A stretch of DNA of 64,000 nt from an uncultured Candidatus Saccharibacteria bacterium (GTDB lineage: Bacteria; Patescibacteriota; Minisyncoccia; Phycocordibacterales; Zambryskibacteraceae), in the NCBI GenBank assembly GCA_964357635.1, contig CAYHLZ010000002.1, positions 513 to 64,512 on the forward strand. The letters run 5' to 3'. Below are positions 28,274 through 37,831 of this stretch, piece by piece. The notes beneath the pieces were generated by a model that had not been told where the DNA came from, searched no databases, and saw only the letters and a list, made by a program, of their open reading frames with translations. The position numbers were made by a program, and so were the translations under genes. How positions within the stretch are numbered: the stretch's first letter is position 1; every line of letters starts with the position of its first letter.

Positions 28274-29064
28274 ATATTACTGTTAAACATTATACCATTC
28301 GTGATAAGCACACTCTGAATATTTGTGAGAATATCTGATTCTAACTTAGTATTTTTCGCATAGTGATTCAGAGCGGCGTATGCTTTCGCTGGGTTTTTGG
28401 AACTGTCACTAACTAGTTTCAACGCCTCGGCATTTTCTAAGTAGTTATTTATAAGATCAAGATGATAAGAAGATAGAGAAACCGGCACTCCCACCAAGAG
28501 AAGCTCACTTGCCGCTGCCTGGAAGAACTTAGAAGTGGCTGACATGAATGAAGAGAAAGCAGGACTCGAAATATCTGAAAAATCGCGACCAGAAGCTTGG
28601 GCTGCCACCAAATTTTTATACTTACTGCGGATTGCCGTTAAACTTGCGCCATATGCCGCCATATTTTCTTCGTTATCGGGTACTACTATAACTTGATTTA
28701 AAAGGACTTTTGGTGCGGACAACTTAAAGCTTAGGATATCTTCGGCGTATTTATCGGCAAGGTTTAAGATATTTTCTCCAGAGATCTGACCCTGGGACTT
28801 AAGTGACATGTAGTCGGTAAAAATTTGCCTGCTTAAGAGTTCTTCTTGTGAAAGAGTAGTGGTGGAAAAAGCTCTCGTGGGTGTCGTAGAAGAACTTAAA
28901 AAGTCTTTCAAAAAGGCGTCGTCGGATGCAAACTCTAGAGGAGCTTGAACAGAGACCAAGGTAGCGGAATAAGGAGGAATTTTTATAAATCTAAACCACA
29001 GTGCCCCACCGATAAGAGCAAGAGACAAGAAAAGGGCGCCGATAAGACGAATTGACGGCATCAT
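28270..29064 (-). CDS. Membrane-anchored helical hypothetical protein (first gene of T4SS-like run)
   Basis: N-terminal TM; VPVSLSSYHLDLINNY. Confidence 0.6.
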   Translation of the reverse strand: MMPSIRLIGALFLSLALIGGALWFRFIKIPPYSATLVSVQAPLEFASDDAFLKDFLSSSTTPTRAFSTTTLSQEELLSRQIFTDYMSLKSQGQISGENILNLADKYAEDILSFKLSAPKVLLNQVIVVPDNEENMAAYGASLTAIRSKYKNLVAAQASGRDFSDISSPAFSSFMSATSKFFQAAASELLLVGVPVSLSSYHLDLINNYLENAEALKLVSDSSKNPAKAYAALNHYAKNTKLESDILTNIQSVLITNGIMFNSNI

Positions 29065-29120
29065 ATTCTAGTATATCAGAGAATATTTCGCTAATTTGTG
29101 CATAAGTGTATAATTAATCC

Positions 29121-30104
29121 ATGCGAAGCCTCCTTATTCTTACCACCTTCTCCTTAGTGCTTGCTCTCGGCTTGTTTAGTTCTACGACAAAGGCAGAAAT
29201 CTTCACCTCAAACCTCACTGTAGGAAGTAGAGGTGTTGAGGTTTCGGCACTTCAGCAAATTCTTGTATCTGAAGGATATTTGGTTATGCCGACAGGCGTT
29301 TCTTATGGCTACTTTGGACCACTTACAAAATCAGCGGTAGCAATGTGGCAGTCAGCCAATGGAGTCTTGCCCACCTTGGGCTACTTTGGTCCAATTTCCC
29401 GAGCAACCTTATCAGCAAAAACATCTGTCAAGAATCCCGAACCTCCGACTCAGCCGACCATGCCCGTAGAACCGCCGTCAACGCCAGTTTCGGATTTGTC
29501 TTCCGGCATTTCGGCAAATTCGGACACACCGTTTGCTTTGGGCATGAGAGCAAATCGCATCCTATTTTTCCGAGCATCACCACTGGAAGTAAAACCCGGG
29601 GATATAGTTACTCTTGATGGTTCTGGATTTAGTAAAACTTCAAACAAAGTTTATTTTAGTGGTGGCAATGCAGTCGTAGCCACTTCTACCAATGGTACGG
29701 TTATGAATGTTGTTGTACCTCCAGGTCTCTCAAACGGAGAACACGAGCTTACTGTAGAAAATGTTTTGGGTTCTTCCGCCAATCCAGATTTAAAAATTAT
29801 AATTAGAGTAACAGACAACCCACAGCCACCACCACAAATCACAAGCGCATCAATCTCCGGCGATACAGTCACTCTTATCGGTACTGGGTTTACTTCTTCC
29901 AACAATCTTTCCACCACCTTTGGCGACAACCCAAGCTCAATTTTGTCAAACGGGACTACTCTAACTTTTCGCATCACCGATCTTTCTATGTATGAGAAGA
30001 TTAAACAATTTACCCAAGGCAAGTATCAAACTAGTCTTTGGATTTACATCTACAATGAACACGGTGCTAGTAGAGAGCCTTATCAATTGAACGTAAATAT
30101 ATGA
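29121..30104 (+). CDS. Secreted peptidoglycan-binding protein with IPT/TIG domains
   Basis: NLTVGSRGVEVSALQQIL..GYFGPLTKSAV..WQ..NG (PG_binding_1); PGDIVTLDGSGF and VTLIGTGF (IPT/TIG). Confidence 0.8.
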   Translation: MRSLLILTTFSLVLALGLFSSTTKAEIFTSNLTVGSRGVEVSALQQILVSEGYLVMPTGVSYGYFGPLTKSAVAMWQSANGVLPTLGYFGPISRATLSAKTSVKNPEPPTQPTMPVEPPSTPVSDLSSGISANSDTPFALGMRANRILFFRASPLEVKPGDIVTLDGSGFSKTSNKVYFSGGNAVVATSTNGTVMNVVVPPGLSNGEHELTVENVLGSSANPDLKIIIRVTDNPQPPPQITSASISGDTVTLIGTGFTSSNNLSTTFGDNPSSILSNGTTLTFRITDLSMYEKIKQFTQGKYQTSLWIYIYNEHGASREPYQLNVNI

Positions 30105-30511
30105 CTAAGAAAAAATTTCTTGCCCTCATTGTTGCCCAAACTTTTTTCTGGCTTTTCGCACCACTGACGCCAGTTAGAGCGCAAGTATCACCCGTGCCAG
30201 GTTTTGGTGGACTTATGAATTTTGATATTGCTTGCACCTGTCCTGCTAACATCGGTAATCTCTGGGTTTGGCATACACCCCTCTTTCTAACAGTAAGTCC
30301 CAGTCCGCTTACGGGTCCTCTGGCGTGGTCACCCTTTTACACAATTCATTACCCCATGTTTTCTTTTGGTGTGCCCGGAGCATATGATTTGGGCGCTTAT
30401 CTTCCCGGAGTTCAGGCTTGTTGGATGTTGATACCCACCATACCACCATCTTGCCTTCCGTTGATAAACGCAGGGCTAATGACCCAAGATGGCACTAGTT
30501 TAAGTATTTAA
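30101..30511 (+). CDS. Small secreted Cys/Pro-rich hypothetical protein
   Basis: Signal peptide ending VRA; FGG...CTCP, ACW, SCLP. Confidence 0.6.
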   Translation: MTKKKFLALIVAQTFFWLFAPLTPVRAQVSPVPGFGGLMNFDIACTCPANIGNLWVWHTPLFLTVSPSPLTGPLAWSPFYTIHYPMFSFGVPGAYDLGAYLPGVQACWMLIPTIPPSCLPLINAGLMTQDGTSLSI

Positions 30512-31282
30512 AAGCGCTGCAGAGATTTTTTTCCAATTTTCAAGAGAAACATCTTCGGCGCGTATGTTTTCATCAAGTCCGAGTGTATTGAATGTCTCTA
30601 GAATTTTTTCTTTTTTAAACAAAGTTGAAAGATTTGAAGAAAGTTTTTTGCGCTTAGACTTAAACCCGGCGTGAAGCATTTCAAAAAAGTCTTTTTCGGA
30701 GAAGTTGTCAAAAAACTTTTTAGAAATATCTTCTATGGCGATAATAGCCGAGTCTACTTTGGGCACAGGCGAAAAAGAGCCCGCCAAAACTTTCTCCACA
30801 AACCTCGGCTCTCCATAAGCTTTAACTGAAACAGAGAGAATGCTTTCCTTCCCGTTTCTTGCCACAATCCTCTCCGCCACTTCTTTTTGTACCAAAAGTA
30901 CCATTAGACTCGGCTGAAATTCGCTCTCAAGAAATTTTTTGAAAATAAGACCTGTAATGTTGTAAGGTATATTTGCTATCAGCTTATAACCCTTTTCTAA
31001 ATTAGAGAGATTAAACTCCAAAATATCCTCATTAATTATTTCAAACTTGCCATTTTCTATTTCTTTTTTATAAATTTCTTTCAAGAATAAAGAAAGTTCA
31101 TCGTCTTTCTCTACCGCCACTACTGTCGCACCAGTTTGTAGAAGTTTTCCCGTCAAAGCCCCTGTGCCTGGACCAATTTCAAGAATACAATCTGTGGACT
31201 CTATTTTTCCCGCTTCAACAATAGACTTCAAGGCCTTTTCTGATTTTAAGAAATGCTGACCCAGTGATTTTTTTGTTTTCAT
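30500..31282 (-). CDS. rsmA: 16S rRNA dimethyladenosine transferase
   Basis: KKSLGQHFL, LEIGPGTGALT, ANIPYNIT, QKEVAERI, PKVDSA. Confidence 0.96.
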   Translation of the reverse strand: MKTKKSLGQHFLKSEKALKSIVEAGKIESTDCILEIGPGTGALTGKLLQTGATVVAVEKDDELSLFLKEIYKKEIENGKFEIINEDILEFNLSNLEKGYKLIANIPYNITGLIFKKFLESEFQPSLMVLLVQKEVAERIVARNGKESILSVSVKAYGEPRFVEKVLAGSFSPVPKVDSAIIAIEDISKKFFDNFSEKDFFEMLHAGFKSKRKKLSSNLSTLFKKEKILETFNTLGLDENIRAEDVSLENWKKISAALLNT

Positions 31283-31284
31283 AT

Positions 31285-33240
31285 TTAAAATTCTATCTCA
31301 AGTAAGGGCTTTCTTCGGAAATTTGTCTCATCAAAAACTTCTTGTTCCATGAGATTTTCTGGTATATCAAAAATAAATTCAGAAGGCAGGTTTGTCTGTC
31401 TCCTACCAAACATGTTACGAGTTTCAGTATATGTTAGAAACACTTTTTTTCTTGCACGGGTGATGGCAACATAGAAAAGTCGTCTCTCTTCCTCTCTTTC
31501 TTCGGCAGTAATGTTGTCATTTATTTTCTGGTGAGGAAAAAGTCCATCTTCAAGCCCAGAAATGAAAACAAAATCAAACTCAAGACCCTTGGCGGAGTGT
31601 ACGGTCATAAGTCGTACAGAATTTTCTTCATCATTTAATTCATCTTGGTCACTCTGTAAACTTGCGTCTGTGAGGAAATTTAAAATACCCTCTTCTGGTG
31701 ACAAGGCATCGTACCTAGAAGCAAAATTGGCAAGCTCGAATGCGTTTTCAAGTCTAGCCAAACCATCTTCTCCACCCTCTTTCCACTCTTTTTCAAGTCC
31801 GGTTTGGTTGATGATGAAAGAAATTGTTTCGCTTGGTTTGTTCTCTTTCAAGAACCTTTCAATTTCCACAAGAAGGTTTCTAAAATTTTTAAGCTTCGTC
31901 TTCATTGCCGGCGGGAGAGCTTCTTCGTCGCCCATAACTATTTTTAGAGCAGTGGTTTTACCTATCCCGCGTGTGGGTGTATTAAGGATGCGTTTAAGAT
32001 CCGAGACACTGTCCGAGTTTAGTGCGGCTCGTATGTAAGAGATAATATCTTTAACTTCTTTGCGTTCAAAAAATCGTGTTCCTAGGAGCCTATATGGGAC
32101 ATTACGATTCATAAACGCTTCCTCAAGGGCTCGGGACTGAAAATTGGCTCTATAGAGCACCGAAATCTCTTTCGGAGGCACACCCTTTTTTATAAGACCT
32201 TCTGCTTTTGAGGCGATAAACTCCGCCTCGCTTACCTCGTCAAAACCACCGAAGACTCCAATCTTTTCGCCAAGAGCATTCTCGGTAAAAAGATTTTTCT
32301 CGCGTCTGATTTTATTTTTTTCTATCACTCTATTGGCAGCTTCAAGAATAGTTTTGGTAGAACGATAGTTTTCCTCTAAGATTATAACTTGCGCGTTGGG
32401 ATAATCTTTCTCAAAGTCAATAATATTTTTTATATCTGCCCCGCGCCACGAATAAATATTTTGGTCTATATCTCCCACCACACAAATGTTTTTATTTTTC
32501 CCCACCAACATTCGCGCGATTTCAAACTGGACGCGATTGGTGTCTTGGTATTCATCTATGTGAATATATTTCCAAACATTTTGGTAATATTCTCGCACGG
32601 ACACATCGTTACTTAACAAGTTCATCGTTTTTAAAAGCAAGTCATCAAAGTCAAGTGCATTGTCTCTTGCAAGTATTTTCTCGTATTCTGGCCAAACACT
32701 GTTTAAAACTTCTCGGAAGTAACCGTATTCTTTTTTTTCACCTACTTCTAGAACGTTTTTACCACCACCTTTTTCTTTAGATATGAGAGATAGGATGCGT
32801 CCAGGGTCATGAGTTTTTGGATCTAGGCCAAGAGTTAAGAGCGCTTCTTTAACCGCCTTTTTGCTATCATCTCGGTCAAAGATGGCGAAATGTTTTTTTA
32901 TACCAACCTTATCCGCATGTTCTCGCAAAATATGAACTCCAAGAGAATGAAAGGTGCTAACAAAAGGTCGCTCGCTTGTACCAACAGGTCTATTGAGTAT
33001 CAAACTTTCCTTGAGACCCGTCTCTATTCTCTCGCGCATCTCTTGCGCTGCCTTATTGGTAAAAGTTATAGCAAGAATCGCAGAGGCTTCCGTACCCATT
33101 TCAACAAGATGACGAATTCTCTCTGCAATAGTCTTGGTCTTGCCCGCCCCAGCGCCAGCCAAGACTAAGACGGGTCCTTCTGTGGAGACCACCGCCTTTT
33201 TTTGTTGAGAATTCAAGTTTGGAGAGTATTTTTGAGACAT
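31285..33240 (-). CDS. pcrA: UvrD/PcrA DNA helicase
   Basis: AGAGAGKT, TFTNKAA, DEYQDTN, GDIDQNIYSWRGA, NYRST, TVHSAKGLEF, EERRLFYVAITRA; start at ATG 33240. Confidence 0.95.
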   Translation of the reverse strand: MSQKYSPNLNSQQKKAVVSTEGPVLVLAGAGAGKTKTIAERIRHLVEMGTEASAILAITFTNKAAQEMRERIETGLKESLILNRPVGTSERPFVSTFHSLGVHILREHADKVGIKKHFAIFDRDDSKKAVKEALLTLGLDPKTHDPGRILSLISKEKGGGKNVLEVGEKKEYGYFREVLNSVWPEYEKILARDNALDFDDLLLKTMNLLSNDVSVREYYQNVWKYIHIDEYQDTNRVQFEIARMLVGKNKNICVVGDIDQNIYSWRGADIKNIIDFEKDYPNAQVIILEENYRSTKTILEAANRVIEKNKIRREKNLFTENALGEKIGVFGGFDEVSEAEFIASKAEGLIKKGVPPKEISVLYRANFQSRALEEAFMNRNVPYRLLGTRFFERKEVKDIISYIRAALNSDSVSDLKRILNTPTRGIGKTTALKIVMGDEEALPPAMKTKLKNFRNLLVEIERFLKENKPSETISFIINQTGLEKEWKEGGEDGLARLENAFELANFASRYDALSPEEGILNFLTDASLQSDQDELNDEENSVRLMTVHSAKGLEFDFVFISGLEDGLFPHQKINDNITAEEREEERRLFYVAITRARKKVFLTYTETRNMFGRRQTNLPSEFIFDIPENLMEQEVFDETNFRRKPLLEIEF

Positions 33241-33272
33241 TTCAGACACTATAGCATATGTGGAGAGCATGG

Positions 33273-33302
33273 TTGACTGGTGTCTCTTTGGGGGAGTAGA
33301 AT
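33273..33302 (+). promoter_or_regulatory. Sigma70 promoter for the LysM-M23 gene
   Basis: TTGACT-18 nt-TAGAAT. Confidence 0.7.
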
Positions 33303-33392
33303 GGAGTAACAGGACGAAAGTACGCCGTAATATGGCTCAACAGAGCCATTTCTGATTGACAGACAGAGCCATGAGCAGTTTAACCACCCTAT

Positions 33393-34400
33393 ATTAGTAA
33401 AAGAAAGATAGTATTTAATAAGAAGAATTTTCAGGCGCTTCTGGTAGTTGCGCTTTTTATCTTGGCGCCCCTCTCTATGAGGGCCTATATCCCAGGGCAG
33501 GCTGGCAAACTTGTTCGTATGCCTGAAGTAGTCGGGTCAGGTAACTCTCAAACCATGACTCTTCTGGAAGGCTATTTAAACATTAATCCTACTGGTACCG
33601 GTGGAGCAGAGATTGCCATAGTTGATCGCATGGCACTTGAATCAAGTGGTGGCGGGAGTGAGGTGTTTGTTGACCTCGGTAAATCTGGCACAGGACAAAT
33701 ATCCGTCTATGTTGTGCGTAAGGGTGATACTCTAAGCGAGATTGCAGAAATGTTTGGCGTCTCCACCAATACGATTCTCTGGGCCAACAACATTAAGGCC
33801 AATTCTATTAAAGAAGGACAAGAACTTGTCATCCTACCCATCTCTGGTGTGCGTCACGTTGTAAAGAGTGGTGATACCCTCAAGTCTCTTGCCACAAAAT
33901 ATAAAGCGGATCTTGGAGACATCCTTTCATACAACGGACTTTCAACCGATAGCAAAATAAAAGCAGGAGACATTGTAATTATTCCTGATGGTGTTATTAG
34001 TCAAACCCAAGGTTCCATAGCCAAACCGTCTGGTGGGACAAACTATCCAACCTACGCTGGTTATTATATGAGACCAATAGTTGGTGGCATGAAGAGTCAA
34101 GGAATTCACGGCAACAACGGTGTTGACTTGGCTGCCTCTGTTGGCACACCAGTTCTTGCTGCAGCAGATGGAAAAGTTATCGTCTCGCGCACAGGAGGAT
34201 ATAACGGTGGCTATGGTACCTACGTGGTCATTAGTCACTCAAACGGCACACAAACTCTCTATGCTCACATGAATGCAAACAGAGTTTCAGTTGGCGAACA
34301 AGTTAGCCAAGGACAAAACATTGGTTCGGTTGGTAAAACTGGCCGAGTCACGGGCGCACACCTCCACTTTGAAATCCGTGGTGCCAAAAATCCTTTCTAG
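33393..34400 (+). CDS. LysM x2 + M23 peptidase (peptidoglycan hydrolase); probable non-canonical ATT/ATA start
   Basis: YVVRKGDTLSEIA, HVVKSGDTL, HGNNGVDLA, LYAHM, HLHFEIR; frame stays open upstream of TTG 33462 and encodes a signal-peptide-like stretch. Confidence 0.88.
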   Translation: MSKRKIVFNKKNFQALLVVALFILAPLSMRAYIPGQAGKLVRMPEVVGSGNSQTMTLLEGYLNINPTGTGGAEIAIVDRMALESSGGGSEVFVDLGKSGTGQISVYVVRKGDTLSEIAEMFGVSTNTILWANNIKANSIKEGQELVILPISGVRHVVKSGDTLKSLATKYKADLGDILSYNGLSTDSKIKAGDIVIIPDGVISQTQGSIAKPSGGTNYPTYAGYYMRPIVGGMKSQGIHGNNGVDLAASVGTPVLAAADGKVIVSRTGGYNGGYGTYVVISHSNGTQTLYAHMNANRVSVGEQVSQGQNIGSVGKTGRVTGAHLHFEIRGAKNPF

Positions 34401-34452
34401 TTAAACATCAAACTTTTTTGGGCTAAAACCTACGGTTCGCCCGAAAATTCTA

Positions 34453-35982
34453 TTACACGTCGAATTTTTTAGGGCGATACTCAATTGCTTCTAAGATGTG
34501 ATTGTTGGTAATCTCTGGGGCACCTTCAAGATCAGCGATAGTTCGCGCCACTTTTATCATCCGGTGATAGACACGAGGAGAAAATCCGAGTCGCTCTGCA
34601 GCCAAGTCAAGAGTTTTTCTTGACTCTTTATCCAGGGCGACAAGAGAAACCATATCTCTGGCGCTCATTTCTGAGTTTCTTAATATTTTCTTACCTTTTT
34701 TACTGAAACGTTCTCTTTGTGCCTCTCGCGCTTTCTCCACTTTTGTTCTGAAAAACTCACTTTTCTCGCCTTCAGAGACGCCAGAGAGTTCAGACGGCAA
34801 AACCCTGTCTACCTCAAGCCAAATATCTATGCGGTCCATGATAGGACCCGACATTTTTCTTCTATATCTTGAAAGGGCGGAGGGTGTGCAGACACAAGGT
34901 TTGCCTCGGAAGCCAAAATTTCCGCAAGGGCATGGGTTCATCGCAGCCACAAGCGAGACATTTGCCGGAAACTGCGCCGTACCCTTGGCACGCGAGATAG
35001 ATATCACCTTGTCTTCTAGGGGCTGCCTCAAACTTTCTATAACCCTCCTTTCAAATTCTGGAAACTCATCCATAAAAAGTACTCCACAGTGAGCCAGAGT
35101 AATCTCTCCTGGTCTTGGTGTTGTTCCTCCTCCGACAAGTGAGACGTAAGAAGCAGTGTGATGCGGTGCGCGAAATGGCGGGTTAGTAATAAAGGTCTCT
35201 GAAAGAATGCCCGCAACAGAATGAATGCTCGTTGCCTCAAGCCCTTCTTCAAAAGTAAGTTCTGGTAAGATGCCAGCAAAAGCTTTGGCAAGCATGGTTT
35301 TACCTGTGCCTGGTGGACCATACATTGCGCAATTGTGTCCTCCGGCTGCCGCGATGAGAAGTCCGCGTTTGGCTCTCTCCTGGCCTCTAATATCTGAAAA
35401 ATCTATGCTCGCGATTGATTTTATTTTATCTACAACAGTTAACTCTGCTTGCGGGAGTTTAGTAGTACCAGAAAGATGTTTGATTAAATCTTCAAGTGAG
35501 GAGACTCCAAAAATACTTACGCCATCAATAATGGCTGCTTCACGAACGTTATCCGTCGGCACATAAAGTTCTTTGAAATCATTTTGCTTTGCAAATCTGG
35601 CAATTGGTAAAACTCCGGGTACTTTACGAACCTTACCATCCAGAGACAATTCGCCCAAGAATAACTTTTTCTCTGGGTCAAAAGAAATATCTTTATTAGC
35701 GACAAGATATGAGAGAGCAATTGCTACGTCAAACGAAGTTCCTTCTTTCCTCTGATCTGCTGGAGCGAGTGAAATAACAACCTTATGATTCTTTGATTTT
35801 GGAGAATCTAGACCGGAGTTTTTAATAGCTGCCGAGACGCGGTCACGTGCTTCTTCTACTGCTTTGTCTGGGAGACCAACGATAGTGAAAGCATTAAGAC
35901 CACGAGAAATATCGGTTTCTACGGAAACAGGAATTACAGATAAAAGATTTGTTTGTGCGCTGTAGACCCTTGAGAAACTCAT
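34453..35982 (-). CDS. comM: YifB/ComM Mg-chelatase-like AAA+ ATPase
   Basis: VGLPDKAVEEARDRV, GELSLDG, GPPGTGKTM, PFRAPHHTAS, PGEITLAH.GVLFMDE, AAMNPCPCG. Confidence 0.93.
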   Translation of the reverse strand: MSFSRVYSAQTNLLSVIPVSVETDISRGLNAFTIVGLPDKAVEEARDRVSAAIKNSGLDSPKSKNHKVVISLAPADQRKEGTSFDVAIALSYLVANKDISFDPEKKLFLGELSLDGKVRKVPGVLPIARFAKQNDFKELYVPTDNVREAAIIDGVSIFGVSSLEDLIKHLSGTTKLPQAELTVVDKIKSIASIDFSDIRGQERAKRGLLIAAAGGHNCAMYGPPGTGKTMLAKAFAGILPELTFEEGLEATSIHSVAGILSETFITNPPFRAPHHTASYVSLVGGGTTPRPGEITLAHCGVLFMDEFPEFERRVIESLRQPLEDKVISISRAKGTAQFPANVSLVAAMNPCPCGNFGFRGKPCVCTPSALSRYRRKMSGPIMDRIDIWLEVDRVLPSELSGVSEGEKSEFFRTKVEKAREAQRERFSKKGKKILRNSEMSARDMVSLVALDKESRKTLDLAAERLGFSPRVYHRMIKVARTIADLEGAPEITNNHILEAIEYRPKKFDV

Positions 35983-36338
35983 TTCATATGTTTACGACAC
36001 CCCCTAGCAGACGGATTTGCTTCAAGTCTTTTTTCATCTATTTCTTCGCCACAAGTTTCGCACAAACCATATTTGCCGTTCTTAATCTTGTCTAAAGCGA
36101 CTCGAAGGTCTTGGTAGCGGGTCTCTAGAGTATTAACGATTGCCAGGTTTTCCTCATATTCTTCAATGCTGTCAGCCATCGTGTTTTCATCAGCTTGAGA
36201 ACTATCTTTATCAGTCGGAGTAGCCTCCCAATCAGAAAGATTATCGGGATTTCGTCTGCCAACTTTTGCCAACTCTTCTCTCAAGAGTTCCTTTTCTCCT
36301 TCCAGCTTCTTTTTAAAGTATTCAGTGTCTATTGCCAT
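35979..36338 (-). CDS. TraR/DksA-family zinc-finger protein
   Basis: Coiled coil with DENTMAD, then ALDKIKNGKYGLCETCGEEI..RLEANP.ARGC..H. Confidence 0.85.
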   Translation of the reverse strand: MAIDTEYFKKKLEGEKELLREELAKVGRRNPDNLSDWEATPTDKDSSQADENTMADSIEEYEENLAIVNTLETRYQDLRVALDKIKNGKYGLCETCGEEIDEKRLEANPSARGCRKHMK

Positions 36339-36362
36339 GCCACCATCTTAGCAGACCGAGCT

Positions 36363-37220
36363 CTAACGGGAAAGTTTCTCTTGAGTTAGGCGATCAATAA
36401 GCGTTCTTAAGGTCTCTAAACCATCTGTAATAATGAGCGTGTCATTATCAAAAAACGAATAAAGAATAACCGGCTGGCTCTCAAAGTAAAGCATTCTAAT
36501 ATCTTTGTTTCTGTCAGTTAAGTCCGCAAATACTGGCTCTTGTGGTAGTCCTCCCAAGTATTCTCTGGAAGCAAACAAGGGTAAGATATCTTGGCTCAAA
36601 TTTTTCTCCCAATTAAGCATGCCGGCAAAAGCATTTTCAAACGATGAGAGTTTGATTATAAGAAAGATACTGTTCCCCAAGGCTCCATACATAAAGAGCG
36701 GGTCAAATGATCTGACTAAACTACCAGGAGCTCGGCTTTCAAGCATTTTAAGAAATTCGCTTATTGAAAGAAGCTCTGTTTCTTCTCCAATAATTTTATT
36801 CAAAACCACGTGCTTGAGTTCTCCGCGAGGTGTTCCTTCTGTTGCCCCATTTAAGGAGCTTATGAGAGTCTCACGAGAGGCACCGAAGACGTCAATCCTC
36901 ATTTCGGTGTTGGCAGAGAGGAATCTGTTTTCTGGCGCAGCAATTTCTGGCGCAGCAGTTTTTCTCAAAAACTCGTTATAGGCATATTTGGCCCCAAACC
37001 CACCAAGGACCAAGAAGAAAAGACTGCCCAACAAAAGATAGAAAAACTGCTTTCTTTTCGCAATGATTTCTGGTGTGGCGGGGGTCCTTGCGCCAGAACC
37101 TTTTTTTAATTGTTCTGCTCGCTGAATAGAGACAAGAGACTCCCTCTGTTTCTCAAGGGCTTCCGCCACATCCCCTTGGAAAGTGCGGATTTGTTTCAGA
37201 GGAGTCTCTTTTTTGTCCAT
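36363..37220 (-). CDS. Hypothetical single-pass membrane protein
   Basis: IRTFQGDVAEA N-terminus, one TM, ENAFAGMLNWE. Confidence 0.65.
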   Translation of the reverse strand: MDKKETPLKQIRTFQGDVAEALEKQRESLVSIQRAEQLKKGSGARTPATPEIIAKRKQFFYLLLGSLFFLVLGGFGAKYAYNEFLRKTAAPEIAAPENRFLSANTEMRIDVFGASRETLISSLNGATEGTPRGELKHVVLNKIIGEETELLSISEFLKMLESRAPGSLVRSFDPLFMYGALGNSIFLIIKLSSFENAFAGMLNWEKNLSQDILPLFASREYLGGLPQEPVFADLTDRNKDIRMLYFESQPVILYSFFDNDTLIITDGLETLRTLIDRLTQEKLSR

Positions 37221-37240
37221 CTCTCTATTTTAACCTACTT

Positions 37241-37260
37241 GTAGTGAGTTGGTCGAACTA
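37241..37260. repeat. 20-bp REP-like repeat, copy 1
   Basis: GTAGTGAGTTGGTCGAACTA; 18/20 identical to 37832-37851. Confidence 0.7.
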
Positions 37261-37800
37261 TCGAGGGTTTTGTTCACGAACTTTTCCGCCACCCGTGTTG
37301 AGAAGATATTTTTTTGGACTCTGGTCTAGGTCAAGAAAATCATCAGCCGCCTCAATCAAGCGTGCAGAAGAAGATTTACCAAAGGCAACAACCTCTACTT
37401 GGCAACCATGAGTGTTTTGAAGATATTTGACTAGAGGCACATAGTCTCCGTCTCCAGAGAGAAGGACAATGCTGTCTAATTTTGGTGCCATGATGATGGC
37501 GTCAATTGCAAGTCCCACATCCCAATCTGCTTTCTTGGCTCCACCTAGGAATATTTGTAAGGGTTTTGAGCGGATTTCAATTCCGGCTTTACCTAAGGCG
37601 CCGAAAAAGGCGTTTTCTTCGCCAGATTCTGTGGTGACCACGTAGGCCATGGCGCGAATAAGAACCCTGCCGTCAAGAGCATCTCTTACTATTGCGGCAA
37701 AATTTGCTTTAGCATGATGAAGATTTTTGGCACTGTGATAAATGTTTTGCGTGTCTATAAAAATGCCGACCCGCTGGGCTTTATGTTTTATTACTGTCAT
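37258..37800 (-). CDS. NYN/LabA (DUF88) PIN-fold nuclease
   Basis: IFIDTQNIY, KADWDVGLAIDA, LLSGDGDYVPLV, LIEAADDF. Confidence 0.9.
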   Translation of the reverse strand: MTVIKHKAQRVGIFIDTQNIYHSAKNLHHAKANFAAIVRDALDGRVLIRAMAYVVTTESGEENAFFGALGKAGIEIRSKPLQIFLGGAKKADWDVGLAIDAIIMAPKLDSIVLLSGDGDYVPLVKYLQNTHGCQVEVVAFGKSSSARLIEAADDFLDLDQSPKKYLLNTGGGKVREQNPR

Positions 37801-37831
37801 TAAATTTTCTAATCTATTAAAACTACTTCTA

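Noticed and set aside
18271-29064. Integrative conjugative element
   Set aside because: No relaxase, integrase or bounding repeats were seen; position and gene set match the resident Patescibacteria locus.
33305-33380. Known c-di-AMP or c-di-GMP riboswitch upstream of the LysM-M23 gene
   Set aside because: The consensus elements of those aptamers are not recognisable by eye; kept only as an unknown leader.
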